Assembly: GCF_963921235.1 (NCBI RefSeq)
Contig: NC_086097.1
Location: forward strand, 204,664,001-204,728,000
Origin: Mobula hypostoma
Lineage: Eukaryota
Direction: 5' to 3'
DNA: 64,000 nt
This document shows, one piece after another, positions 50,480 to 62,579 of this stretch. Each line of letters begins with the position of its first letter. The first letter of the stretch is position 1. The position numbers and the translations under genes are program-made. The notes below the pieces were generated by a model. That model was given only the letters and a program-made list of their open reading frames with translations, was not told the origin of the DNA and did no database searches.

Positions 50480-51620
50480 TACATTAGCTTGTTCTACACT
50501 GACCTCACATTGACCTCACATTTGTCAAGGTCCCTCTCATTGATGAATACTAAAATATGCATTAAGGACCTCACCTATCTCCTCCAATTCCAGGCACGTT
50601 TCTGCTTTTATCCCTGATCAGATCTACCCTCTCTCTTGTCAGCCTACTGTTCTTCACGTAGAACACCTTGAGGTTTTCCATAGTCCTACTTGCCAAGACC
50701 TTCTCATGCCCCTTCTAGCTCACTTACATTTGTTCTTAAGCTCCTTCCTAGCAACTTGAACCTCTTAAGAGCCCTACCTGATCTTTGCTTCCTTTTGACT
50801 TGATGTTCCACATCTACTGGTAACCACATGATAATTCTATCCAGAACCACCATGTAAGTGCTTCCAAAACAATCTCTACATTTCCGTTGTGCATTTCCCT
50901 GAGATGATCTGTTCCCAATTTGTATTCTCAAATTCCTGCCCAATAGCATCATAATTAGCCATCTCCTATAGTATCTGCTCCTATCCTTGGTCAAGGTTAA
51001 ATGTCAGGGAGTTATGGTCACTGTCTCCAAATGTTCACTCGGCAAGAGATCTGTCACCTCAGCAGGTTCATTGCCTAGTAATACAAGTTGTAGATCCAGC
51101 ATGGCCTTTCCTCTAGTCAGCTTGTCCACATATTGTGTCAGGAATCCTTTCTGGACTCAGAATATGTTCTGCCCCAGTTAAACATCTTATACAAAGAATG
51201 TGTCAATCAATATCAGGGAAATTAAAGTCATGAATGACAGCAACCCGGATATTTTTGCATCTATTTGAAATCTGTCTTCTGACTTTCCCCTCAGTGTTTC
51301 TGTTGCTACTGGAGGGTGTATAAAGTACTCCCAATAGAGTGATTGGTCTTTTGCTGTTTCTGACTTCCACTCACACTGACTTAGTAGACAATCTTTCCAC
51401 ACCATCCTTCCTTTCTGCAGCATTGCTGATTAGAAATGACACTCCCCCACCCCTGTTATCTTTCTCTCTGTCCCTCTGAAACATCTAAACCCTGGAACAT
51501 CCAACAGACATTCCTGCCCTTGTGACAGCCAAGTCTCTGTGATGGCTGCAACATCATAGTTGCAAGTACTGATCCACTCTCATAAGTTCATCATCTTTAT
51601 TTCTGATCATTCTTGCATCA
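50480..51620 (-). mobile_element. CR1 ORF2 endonuclease-to-RT linker fragment
   Basis: Minus strand NYDVAAITETWL, WEYF..PP, DSDHNSL and GKIRDK-like remnants. Confidence 0.8.
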
Positions 51621-51949
51621 ATCAAGGTTGTAATCAATAAACCATAAGACTATTAATTTCTTATTATACAAAATAACATAATAACCCAATAGCAGTTGTT
51701 ATTTAATGTAAGTTATTTCTAAAGGACTGCAAGGGAATAAAATATATTCTACCACTGAAAGGGCATTTTAATTCTTATGATTTATGAAATGCAAAGCAAT
51801 TATTTACCCTATCTGGTGAAAGGAGGTCATATTTTTACATTCAAATTAGCAAATGATTTGGAGAGGCAAGGTCGAGTTGCGTAATTTGATTTTTAAATGA
51901 AAATCACATTCAGATTTCAATATAGAAGTGGGAGTAATGGTTGAAGTGT

Positions 51950-52230
51950 GTTTATTTTAATGCATGAACTATTATGGATAAAGCAGATGAAGTTGCAGTC
52001 TGGATTAGTGCATGGAACTATGATGTTGTGGCCATTACAGAGAATTGCTTAAGAGAAAAGCAGGGAGAACATAACAGCTAGACTGGGGATGCACTGAAAG
52101 ACTCAGCCAGAGGGGCAATATAGATTGAACACAGAAATAAGAAAAGCACAATCACAATGATGGGGGGTTGTAATAGGCCTCCTAAGACCCAGTGGGACAT
52201 AGAACAGATATGTAGGCAGATTATGGAAAG
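51950..52230 (+). mobile_element. CR1 APE N-terminal fragment
   Basis: DKADEVAVWISAWNYDVVAITE..NRPP. Confidence 0.75.
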
Positions 52231-52988
52231 ATGCAAAAGGCCTGAAAGACTGCAGACGCTGGAATCCGGTGCAACAAACAAATCTGTTAGAGGAACACGG
52301 CAGGCCAGGAAGCATCTGCAGAGGGAATGGAATTGTTAATGTTTTGAGGTGAATCCTGCAGGGTTTAAAACCAAAAGGCGGGCAATTCTTTAAAGCAATA
52401 CACTAGAGGAAAATGGCCAAAAATTCACAAAATGGAGAGTGTGAAGAATCCAAAAATGGAGTATATTACTAACGAATGAATTCTCTGACAGAAGGTTTTG
52501 TAAGACACAATATCTGTTAAGGACATGTAGAACTTATTTTTCGTTATTGCCCAGGCTTTCTCTGAAGCATCAAGGGCATGGCCAAAGTTTACAATAATGT
52601 TAGAAAGGAAATGCACCAACGTATAGGTGTTGGCAGAGTAGGACGTTGAGTGGATCCAGTGTGAGGTTCAGTCTTCCAATTCATTTGGTTCTCAGAAAAA
52701 TTGAGCAAGGTCAATAATTTATATCTGATCTGACTGAGTGAAATATTGACTCTTTATTCCTTTCCATACATGCTGCCTGACCTGCTGAGTTCCTCCGGCA
52801 TTTTGTGGGTATTGTCTTTGCCATGGGGTAGTCGGTTAGAATTCAGGACAAGATATTCATCTAAGGAAAGATGACAAGGATAGTAAGGTTTTGGAACATT
52901 GGATGATGAGCAACATTATAAATTTATTCAATAGATTAAAAGGAAGCATGTGTAAACTGTGGGAAGAAAATAGACCAGGCCCTTAAGG

Positions 52989-54937
52989 CAGTGGCCCCCA
53001 ACCACTGGTCCACAAAGCATGTACTACCGGGCTGCAAGGAAATAATACGAGTCAACTGCACCTTTCCTCATTCCCTGTCATGCCCACTGTTGAACTTGAA
53101 TGCACGTGAGGACATCAGTCAGTCATTAACTTACAACTACTCGATGAGTAAAAAACAAACGTCACTTGAGAGTTTCTTTGGAAGAACTGGTATGGGACAT
53201 AAAAGGCCTAACGATGGTGATAACGCAGAGACAGCTGAAGCCGAGTCTGCAAAAACAAGAAAGCTTCGTTCAACAGAAAATATGACGAGTTGTGCATAAA
53301 ATCTGGCTTTATTGTGACCAGTGACTCGCACGCTCCAAGCCCCCTGTGTGTGATATGTGGAGACAAGATGCCTAAAGAGGCACTGAAGCCCTCAAATCTG
53401 CTTCGGCACCTTGATTCCAAGCAGCCTGCACTAAAGACAAACCCGTTGAGTTTTTTGAGCGGATAAAACATGAGCAAGCGGGACAGAATCAAGTGTAGAG
53501 AGCCACCACCTCCACAAATGCTGCTGCTCTGAGAGTGTCGTACTTAGTGGCTAGCTGTATTGCTAAGGCTAAGAAACCTTTCACTGTTGGTGAAGAATCG
53601 ATTCTGCCTGCTGCCAAGGACATGTGCCGTGAACTGTTGGGAGAAGCTGCAGCTAACAAGATGGCACAGGTTTCTCTTTCAGCTACCACAGTTTCAAGGA
53701 GAATGGATGACACAGCGGAGGACATTGACGCACAGCTGTTGGAACGGCTTAACGAGTCTGGTTTCACTACCCGAGTCAAAGAGGTTGCTCCCGAATGCCA
53801 GTCTACACACTGTGTCACACACAGGGAAATGCTGGCTAGCTGAAAAATGTCACCTGATCTTAACAGCGTATTGAGTGACGTTGTTGAAGTTATCAATCAC
53901 ATCAAAGCAAAAGCCCTTAACTCACGTCTGTATGAGCAGCTTTGCGAGGAAATGGATGCAGAGCACAAAACGCCTTCTCTTACACACTGAAGTTAGGTGG
54001 CTATCAAGGGGGAGAGCCCTGGCCAGGGTTTTTGAGTTCAGAGAGTAGCTACTGAGATTTCTTTTGGAAATAAGTCACCACTGGCAGCACACTTCAGTGA
54101 CGGGGAGTGGATATCAAAACTCTTATCTGTGTGACATCTTCAACCTGCTCAATGAATTCAATTTGTCACTTCAGGGGAGAATGACAACTGTCTGCTAGTT
54201 GGCAGATAAAGTGTCTGCTTTCACAGCCAGACTGGAACTGTGGGGACGGCGAGTGGACAGGGGCATATTTGACATGTTCCCAACATTAGCTGGGAATTTG
54301 GGAGAGACTGAGGCTCATAGCTGGTGCGCGAACACCTATCTTCGCTGTCGACAGAATTTGAGCGTTACTTCCCAACCGCAAATGACCCAAGTCGTGCAAA
54401 GGAATGGGTCCGTGACCCATTTGTGAATGTCCCCGGTGAATCATCCATGTCAGCGCGGGAAGAAGATCAACTCCTCGAGCTTGCAAATGACGGTGGGCTG
54501 AAAAGTATGTTTGAAATAACATTTCTGCCGGCATTCTGGATCAAAGTCAAGGCTGAATATCCTGAGACAGCCACAAAAGCACTGAAAATATTGCTTCCGT
54601 TTCCAACATTATATCTCTGCGAAGTGGAGTTTTCTGCAATGAATGCAACGAAAACTAAATTGCGGAATAGACTGGACACAAAGGACCCCCCTTCTGACTT
54701 ATAATTGACCTATCACTATACTCATGCGAGGAAAACATGCACTGTGTGTTTAATATTAAATTCATTAGATAATCCCTTAGAAACAAAATTGAGTGTATTA
54801 GCCACTGATAAGTGACTTATAGTTGACTTATCACTTATATTCCGGTCGTGATTAACACACCACCCCCGTCGGCCGGTCCGGAAGAATATTGTCAATATTA
54901 AACCGGTCCGCGGTACAAAAAAGGTTGGGGACCCCTG
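52989..54937 (+). mobile_element. hAT transposon, Buster/Charlie family (ZBED5/SCAND3-like transposase), internally deleted
   Basis: TIRs cagtggcccccaacc / ggttggggacccctg, with a perfect 8-bp TSD ccttaagg (52981-52988, 54938-54945) that has a central TA. BED finger PLCVICGD..KPSNLLRHL, KKPFTVGE, THCVTHRE, EVRWLSRG and LLPFPTLYLCE. Confidence 0.96.
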
Positions 54938-55299
54938 CCTTAAGGAATATAAATCACAGCAAAGGCATATCACCATCTTTACCTTCTTAGAAGATTAAGA
55001 ACAATTCCTTCATGTCAAAGACAAGGAATGCTCCACAAACTTCTACAGATGCACTGTTTAAAATATCCAGACTGGTAGCATCATGATATTTCAAATGAGC
55101 AGGAACATACAGAAGCTGCAGAGAGTAGCACTGAGCTGAAATAAGCTGTTAGGCATCCTAGTCAGCATGGGGAAGTTGTGCCAATCTAAGGTAGTGCCCA
55201 TGTTTGCCTCACACCACCCCAAGTCTATCCTATCCATGTATCTGTCCAAAAACAGTAATAATACTATTAAATAGTATTATTTAATAGTATATTAACATT

Positions 55300-56145
55300 T
55301 TGTTTCAATCAATAGTTCCATTTAATATCAGCAACTGTATACAATATACAATCTGAAATTCTTGTTCTTTGCAGACAATCTCAAAAAGAGAAGAGTTCCC
55401 CAAAGAGTGAGTCATAGTAAAAAACATTAGAAATCCAAAGTCCCCCTCCCATGCACGAACAGCAGCAAAGCAAAGACCCTCCTCCTCCCCCATTTACTTC
55501 ATCAAAAAAAAGCATCAGCACTCTCCACCACCAAGCAAGCACTAGGAAAGCCCCCAAGAAAGACCATGAAATGATCTGCAGTACAGCAAGAACTCATCGT
55601 TAACCTGACAATTCAACATGCCACAGGCTCATAGATGCCCCCCCTTTTCACAGTGAGAGGGAACACCAACAAAGACACACAACTCACTGATTTATATGTT
55701 AAAGTCTGCCGTGTCACTTTTTTCTGAGTTGTCTGACTTGAGAATTTGCAATAAACTCTTTCCCCACCAACGATAGAAAGAGAGGTACTACACGATTCAC
55801 CAAGTGCAGAGCTCCCAACTGTTGATTCGCTGTTCCATTTTCTCCCATTTCGTGTCAGCTGGATGCACCCGCATAGAATCGCCTCATTCCAAGGGATCCC
55901 GAAGGCATGCTTGTCTTCTAAGCTGCGACCTTGGGATATCAAAAAATGGCCAGACGGTGAGTCCCAGGATTGGGTCCCACCATTGCAAATAACCGAAGTT
56001 TGAGTGTAGCTCTCTAGGTAAGGGTCTTCAACAGAACCCTATGCACCTTGTAAAGGGCAAAGAGAGATAGTAAAGGTGGAAATTAAGCTGTTTCCACCGA
56101 TGAGCTCAAAGGAGTCACTGCCGAGTGCTTTCGTAGCTCCACCCA
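55300..56145 (-). mobile_element. Non-autonomous, non-coding retroposon with LINE-like 3' tail
   Basis: Minus-strand tail ..gattgtatattgtatacagttgctgatattaaatggaactattg. No coding capacity. It interrupts a CR1 3' fragment. Confidence 0.6.
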
Positions 56146-56195
56146 CTTATACTAAAGCTAATTTGCAGCTCATTCCACATCTGTATGATCCTTGG

Positions 56196-56308
56196 CCACC
56201 AAATTAATTCTTTTCCCTCTCACCTTAAACTTGACCACCAAATTAATTCTTTTCCCTCTCACTTTAAACTCGACCACCAAATTAATTCTTTTCCCTCTCA
56301 CCTGAAAC
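56196..56308. repeat. Tandem repeat, about 2.9 x 39 bp, inside a CR1 fragment
   Basis: ccaccaaattaattcttttccctctcac at 56196, 56235 and 56274. Confidence 0.95.
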
Positions 56309-57269
56309 CTTCACATTCTTGTTCTTGATTTTCCAGTCCTGTGAAAACTATTCTGTGTATGCAGCCTCTCTATGCCACTCCTGATTTTATTCATCCCTAA
56401 TAATTACCTGTTAGTTTGCTACACTCTAAGGAATAAAATCCTCACCTTCTCAACCTCTCCCTACAACCTAGTCCCTCTCAAACTGCCGACATCCGCTTAA
56501 ATCTTTTTTTTGTATTTTGATATTGCATTTTAAGAGATAAAGTGTAAGAGTATGTAGTAAATGGCAGCACCTTTAGATGTGTTGGTATAGAGAGGGATTG
56601 TGGGTGCAAATATTTAGTTCCCTGAAAGTGGCAATTCAAGGAATCAAGTGGTAAAGAAAGCAGATTTAGAGTATTGCGTACATTCTAGTCACCACATTAT
56701 AGGGGACTTTTGAGAGAATGCAAAAGAAGGTCGCCAGCATGTGGCTGAATTAGAGAGTATTACCTGTAAGGACAAACCTGGATTATTTTCTCCAGAGCAT
56801 TGGAGACTGCAGGAAGACCTGATAGATGTTTATAAAAGTATGAGGGGCATGAATAGTATAGATAATCAGAAACCATTCGCTATTTTCATCCTTTCCATCA
56901 CCACCTGGCTCTATCTGCCAGTCAGCTCCTCCTCATCTGCATCCACCGTTCACTTGCCAGCTCTTGACCTGACCCTCCCTCTCACCTCTTGATAGTGGCT
57001 GGCTCCTCTCTGTTCTTTCAGTCCTGCTAGAGTGTTCAGTTTTGAAGGTAGGATCAATAGGAGGAAATGGCCATTTTGATCCAAGACCCTTCATCTGATG
57101 AGGTAATCTAAAACATAGTTCAGCATCTTACCTCAAGCTCCACCACTTTCATAGCAGTATTTCATAAGTATTACACTGAAGTGTCAGGCTCCATTATACA
57201 ACAATAGCAATTTTCATTTTTAGAGTGGGTGTAATGCTTGAAAATGACAGAGGACTTTTCATCTGCGTA

Positions 57270-58180
57270 TTAACAGGTACAATTTTACATCAAGCTGCAT
57301 AAGCAAAATAATAGGGGAGAGGCATGCTTAAAGAGTTAGACTGTAATGATGTCTTGCTGATGGAAAGAGAGATAACATGGCAGTATAGTTCAGTGAATTC
57401 TAAGCTTATCAGCAACTGAAGGCATAACTGCTAGGGATGTAATTATTAAAATTATGCATTTTCAAAACTCGCGAATTTGATGTGTTCAGAGAACCGTGGA
57501 TTGTAGGGCCAGGGGAGATGAAGACAGAGAAGGCCGAGACCACAGAACTATCTACAAAGTATTGAGGCATTACCAGATGGGTAGCAAAGTAGATAGTGAT
57601 GGTTGATTGTTACTTGGTTTAATTCAGAATGTTGGTAGAATTTTCAATGGATTTGAGGGATTGAGAAATGTTATTCAAGTTGTGATAAATAGTCGTCGGT
57701 AATAACTTCAGGAGCAGATGGGCTGAGGCTGGGCAGAAAGAAGGACAAAGTTGGTAATGGGGCGGGGTGGGGGGGACATTACCATGGAGAGGGAGCTTTT
57801 CTTGGCCAGATCCAACATCAACAATGTAAACAATTTGATGGATCCTAGGGAAAGGGACATAGCTGGTGGTGGTTAGGGAATAGAACTAATAGTGATGACC
57901 AAGGAAAATGATTTGAACCTTTTCAATACCAGAAGAAGTTTTTGACTCATCCACTACAATGTCATAAAAAGAGTCAATTTCATACAATTTAATAATCACG
58001 GAGTAGTAAGATGTTGAATTTAATAATCATGGAGTAGGAGGGGAAGATGATATGTGTGTCACTGATTCCGTGTGTGGTGCTTGACTTATTTTCTGATGAA
58101 GTTCCAATGGTATTAATAAGGGGGCAAAAGATAGATCTATGGAGGTCTCCAGCAACAAGGGTCGAGTGCAGGCGATTCAC
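57270..58180 (-). mobile_element. Very old L2/CR1-group LINE relic
   Basis: Minus strand ctggagacctccatagatctatcttttgccc resembles the GVPQGSILGP coding segment, in the expected order relative to a decayed ADDT-region match. Confidence 0.45.
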
Positions 58181-59059
58181 TTGCAATCTGGTTGAGTTTC
58201 ATAAGTGAGACTTTAACTGACAAATTTTTTATTTAGAGATAAGCCAGAGCTGAAACTTAATTCTCAATGTGCAGATTCAGACTATGGAAGCAACATTCTG
58301 CTGAATAATAAGTCATATATTATCTAGTTCCATTAACTTTTAAATTCCAAATTAGATACTGTATTGATGTCATAATGCTGGATAAATATGTGAACTATTT
58401 GCCAAGAAATTTCAACGAAAGAATGCAGATAAATGTAATGATAAAAAGCAATTTAAATAAACAGGACACTGATACATTGCTCGCTGTAAGCAGACAGCAC
58501 TGAAATTTGAAAGAAGCCTGAAAAAAGCACAAATTTGGAAATAGTTAAGACTGACTCGAATGCTTTTCACAGTTGGCACCATATACAGTGTATGCATACC
58601 AGATTTACCACACTGCCCTGAAACTCGACTGTGTACTGATAGATAAATTTTGGATGGACTATAACTAGATGGGCACAAAATAAATGCATTAACATGATAG
58701 TGCCTCCAGCCATAAAACCCTCCGATTGATATTATACGATTGAAGTCTTCATCTTCCATCTTTTGTTCTTCAGCCACTCTTGCTCCACATTATTTTTTTC
58801 CTTATCTGAATGGGAAGCTAACATGGTAGAGTTATAATGAGAGTAGGGGAAAGTGAAAGGGCACTTACACTATCTGCAACTTGTAAATCAGCAGATGGAA
58901 TTGAACTGCATGGAGCACCTTCACCTACCAGCTAAAATTGTTATAATTTCATTGACTCTATTTGAAAATTAATGGCTATAATGCACCCAAGCAAGAACTG
59001 CTCCAAGTATTTATGGTGTCTGAAAATGTGTGATGTGATTTATGTTATTGTGGATTGGT

Positions 59060-60010
59060 AATAACACCTCCTCCTCACTACATTCAACATAGGCGCATCT
59101 CAACAATTCATACTCTACTGTCTTTGCATTCATGACTGTGGCTAAGTAGGGCTTAAAAGCCATCTATAAATTCACTGATGACACACTACCAATTGTAGAA
59201 TCTGAGATGTGACAAGGAGACATACAGGAACAAGATGAATCACCTGGTTGAGTGCTAGTTCAATAACAACCTTTCACTCAATATCAACAAGACTAAGGAA
59301 TTGCTTCTGGACTACAGAAAGGGAAAGTTGGGAAAACACTTATTGGAGGTCAGCAGTAGAAAGGTGAGCAACTTCAAGTTTCTGGGTGTCAAAGGATCTA
59401 TCTGAGGCCCAACGTGTTGATGCAGTTACGAAGAAGGCATGCCCATGGCTATGTAGGGTAATGTAATTGGTGGAAATGCACATAATTCACTACCACCAAC
59501 ATTGAGTTAGGGTTCACTTTAAGAGGCTGGCTGACGTGATGATGTAATTACGTAAGTTTATCGCACTTTGTGTTCATTGTTTTGGAGTACAATAAATGAA
59601 TTGTTATGGTTTTTCTTAAACATCAAATGACTCATGTCGTTTTATTTGAGAAAACCTACAGCCATACTTCATTAGGAGTTTGAAGAGATTATGTTTGTCA
59701 CTAAAGACTCTTGTAAATTTCTACAGATTTGCAGTGGAAATAATTCTGACTAGTTGCTTCACTGCCTAGTATGCAGCTTCAATGTACAGGATCACAGGCG
59801 GCTGCAGAAATTGCATATTCAGCCAGTTCCATCATGGACACAACCTCCCTCTCCACCACTGTCGAGGGCATCTTCCAGAGGTGGTGCCCCAAGAAAACTC
59901 AATCATTAAAAATCCTCGCCATCCAAGACATGCCACCTTTGTGTTACTACCTTCTGGGGTGACCTGAAGACTCACAATCCATGTTTTAATGACAACTTCT
60001 ACCCCTCCAG
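59060..60010 (+). mobile_element. Rex1 LINE relic
   Basis: YKFTDDTT, LNINKTKELLLDYRK and NFKFLGV remnants. Confidence 0.8.
59452..59660 (+). mobile_element. Short (209 bp) solo LTR inserted in Rex1
   Basis: Perfect TGTAGG..CCTACA termini, AATAAA at 59591 and TSD gcta/gcca. Confidence 0.85.
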
Positions 60011-60014
60011 CTAT

Positions 60015-60382
60015 ATTGCATATTGAAAGGCCTAGAAACAGTGGATGTGGAGAGGATTTTTCTGTTAGTAGGGGAATTTAGGACCAGAGGGCACAGCCGC
60101 AGAATGCAAGGACATCCCTTAAGAACAGCGATGAGGAGGAATTTCCTTAACCAGAAGGTGGTGAGTCTATGGAATTCATTGCCACAGATGACTGCTGAGG
60201 CCAAGTCATTGGGTATATTTGATGTGAAGTTGATAGGTTCTTGATTAGAAAGGACGTCAAAGGTTTTGGGGAAAAGGCAGGAGAATGGAGTTGAGAGACA
60301 TAATAAATCAGCCATGATGGAATAGCGCAGCAGACTTGATGGGCTGAGTGGCCTCGTTCTGTTCCTATGTCTTCTGGTCTTA
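60015..60382 (+). mobile_element. CR1 3' fragment
   Basis: KGLETVDVERIF..RTRGHS..WNSLPQ plus tail. Confidence 0.9.
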
Positions 60383-60726
60383 CACAAATACAGCAACTTT
60401 AGCTATATACATGTGTAACTGGTTATAGCAGTGTAGGAATTGCATTAACAAAGGGGTTTAATGTGACAGCAGATGCAGCTACTAAATTAAATGTAGGCAC
60501 TGGAGTGGCAAAAAAGTTTATGCATTCTGATTTGACATTGTTAACCTCAGCAAGAATAGCATTAAAGAAGAGAACACAATGGGTATTTGGAGTTAAGCTA
60601 CTTACACTGGATGTTTTGGGGTGGAAATGATCAGGTACAGTGGGCTTTCAGCTCATAATTAGAAGTCATGACATTGTTCCTTACAGCAAGTAATAGAATG
60701 AAAAGCAATGTTAAAGGTGAGAATAA

Positions 60727-60960
60727 AGTCAAGTCAAGTCAAGTTGCCTTTATTGTCATTTCAACCATAACTGCTGGTACAGAACACAGTAAAAACAAAA
60801 CAATGTTCCTCCAGGACCCTGGTGCTACATGAAACAACACAAAACTACACTAGACTACGTGAAACAACACAAAACTACATTAGACTTCAGATCTACACAG
60901 GACTACATAAAGTGCACAAAACAGTGCAAGACAGTACAATAATTAATAAACAACACAGTA
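60727..60960 (-). mobile_element. Rex1-type 3' tail with (cttga)n end and an internal 30-bp duplication
   Basis: (aagtc)n tttattg.. and ctac.tgaaacaacacaaaactaca present twice. Confidence 0.7.
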
Positions 60961-61528
60961 TTAGATTGTATGATAGATATAAGTGTAACAGAAACAGGTA
61001 TGGAAATATAGAGTAGGTTAACAAATATTTTAAACCATGTAAAGCAAAAGATGTTTGTTTCAGTGAAGTAGTACAAAACTCACAAGATCACTGCAATCCT
61101 AAGTACTTGGTGTGGAATGCTACAAATCTGGAACTGGTCACCAAAACTCTGGCAAGGCTGGCAGCCAATACATTATCTCATTGCAGGACTTCTCTTGCCT
61201 ATGCAAATTCGTGTCTCCTCTGTTTACATGTGAAATATTAATTTCATTTATGATTTAATTGATGAATGCAATTGATCACACTGAATTGCACATTTACTTC
61301 AGTGTTCAAAATTACAGCATCTATTGTAAAGGCATTGTAAAATGCTGAAGAATTTTATTTGGTGCAAGGTGTAAATATACCAACAGTTTGACGTCATAAA
61401 GTACTGACAAAGAGAAAAGATTCAAAGCTGAATCTAAACCACATAGCTCAGACCCACAAGAATGACTTAACAAACAAAATGCTAGAGGAACTCAGTAGGT
61501 CAAACAGCATGTACGAAAAGGAATAAAT

Positions 61529-61560
61529 AGTTGATGTTTCAGGCCAAAACTCTTCATCAG
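61529..61560 (-). ncRNA. Decayed minimal hammerhead ribozyme in a Penelope pLTR fragment (about 61470-61560)
   Basis: Minus strand CTGATGA agagttttggcct GAAAC ATC aact. The core boxes are intact but the stems are degraded. Confidence 0.55.
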
Positions 61561-61589
61561 TCCTATCAATTCAACTTGACAACATTTGA

Positions 61590-62113
61590 ATTGAAGAAGT
61601 TTGGTATAGCCCACCCAAATTCTAAGAACTATTTACAGGGGCACAATAGGGAGCATCCTGACTGGCTGCATCACTGCCTAGTATGGAAAGTATAATTCCC
61701 TCAATCACAGGACTCTGCAGGGAGTGGTGCAGACAGCCCAGTGCATCTGTAAGTGTGTACTTCCCACTATTCAGGACCTTTATAAAGACTGGTGTGTAAA
61801 AAGGGCCAGAAGGATCACTGGAGACCCGAATCACCCCACCAACAAACTGTTCCAGCTGCTACCATCCAGGAAATGGTACCACAGCATAAAAAACAGGACC
61901 AACAGACTCCAAAACAGCTTCTTCCATCAGGCCATCAGAACGCTTAATTCATGCTGACGCAACTGTATTTCTATGTTATATTAACTATCCTGTTGTACAT
62001 AATATTTATTATAAATTACTATAATTGCACATTGCACATTTTAATGGAGCCGTAAAGATTTTTACTCCTCATGTATATGAAGAATGTAAGTGATAAAGTC
62101 AATTCAATTCAAT
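61590..62113 (+). mobile_element. Rex1 LINE 3' fragment, same subfamily as 26440-27925
   Basis: HPTNKLFQLLPSRKWY..RLQNSFFHQAIR, with the same 3' UTR and (caatt)n tail. Confidence 0.9.
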
Positions 62114-62579
62114 TGTAAAAAGTAGGGTGTATATTCTTCAAATACAAATCTAAAGTGAAGATAGGCAAACCTACTCCAATTGTGTGATTTCTTCACAGTA
62201 AGAATGCTTTTGTAGTAAAAGTGACATTAGTAAGTCTATGTGATATTGAAGCCAGTTGGAATTGTGCAAAATGGGCTTGTATACCAATCATGTTAACAGT
62301 GGCATTGTTGGAAAGCATAGTGAGTTCAAGATAAAAAAGTGCAGTTAAATATCTTAAGCATTAATCTGGCAGCAAATTGCTCAGCTTGGGTAAGGATACG
62401 TATCTAAGTTCAGCTATGTATTGCTCATAGAGTACCATAAACCTATAAAATATTCAGGCATTGTACAGACGATTTTAGGTCATATAATCTTCAGTGAGTC
62501 ACAGGAGTCAGCAACTTGAATAGTTGCAACTGATTACAGTAATCAATCAATATTGATAGGAGAACTGAAGTTGGAATGA

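Noticed and set aside
53208..54704. Possible domesticated ZBED5/SCAND3/FAM200-like gene
   Set aside because: Multiple stops, frameshifts, an internal deletion, and intact TIRs with TSD show it is a dead transposon copy.
58412..58790. 121-aa minus ORF and possible Helitron/Helentron-like end near actag (about 58665)
   Set aside because: The ORF has no recognisable homology, and I cannot establish a terminal hairpin or boundaries.
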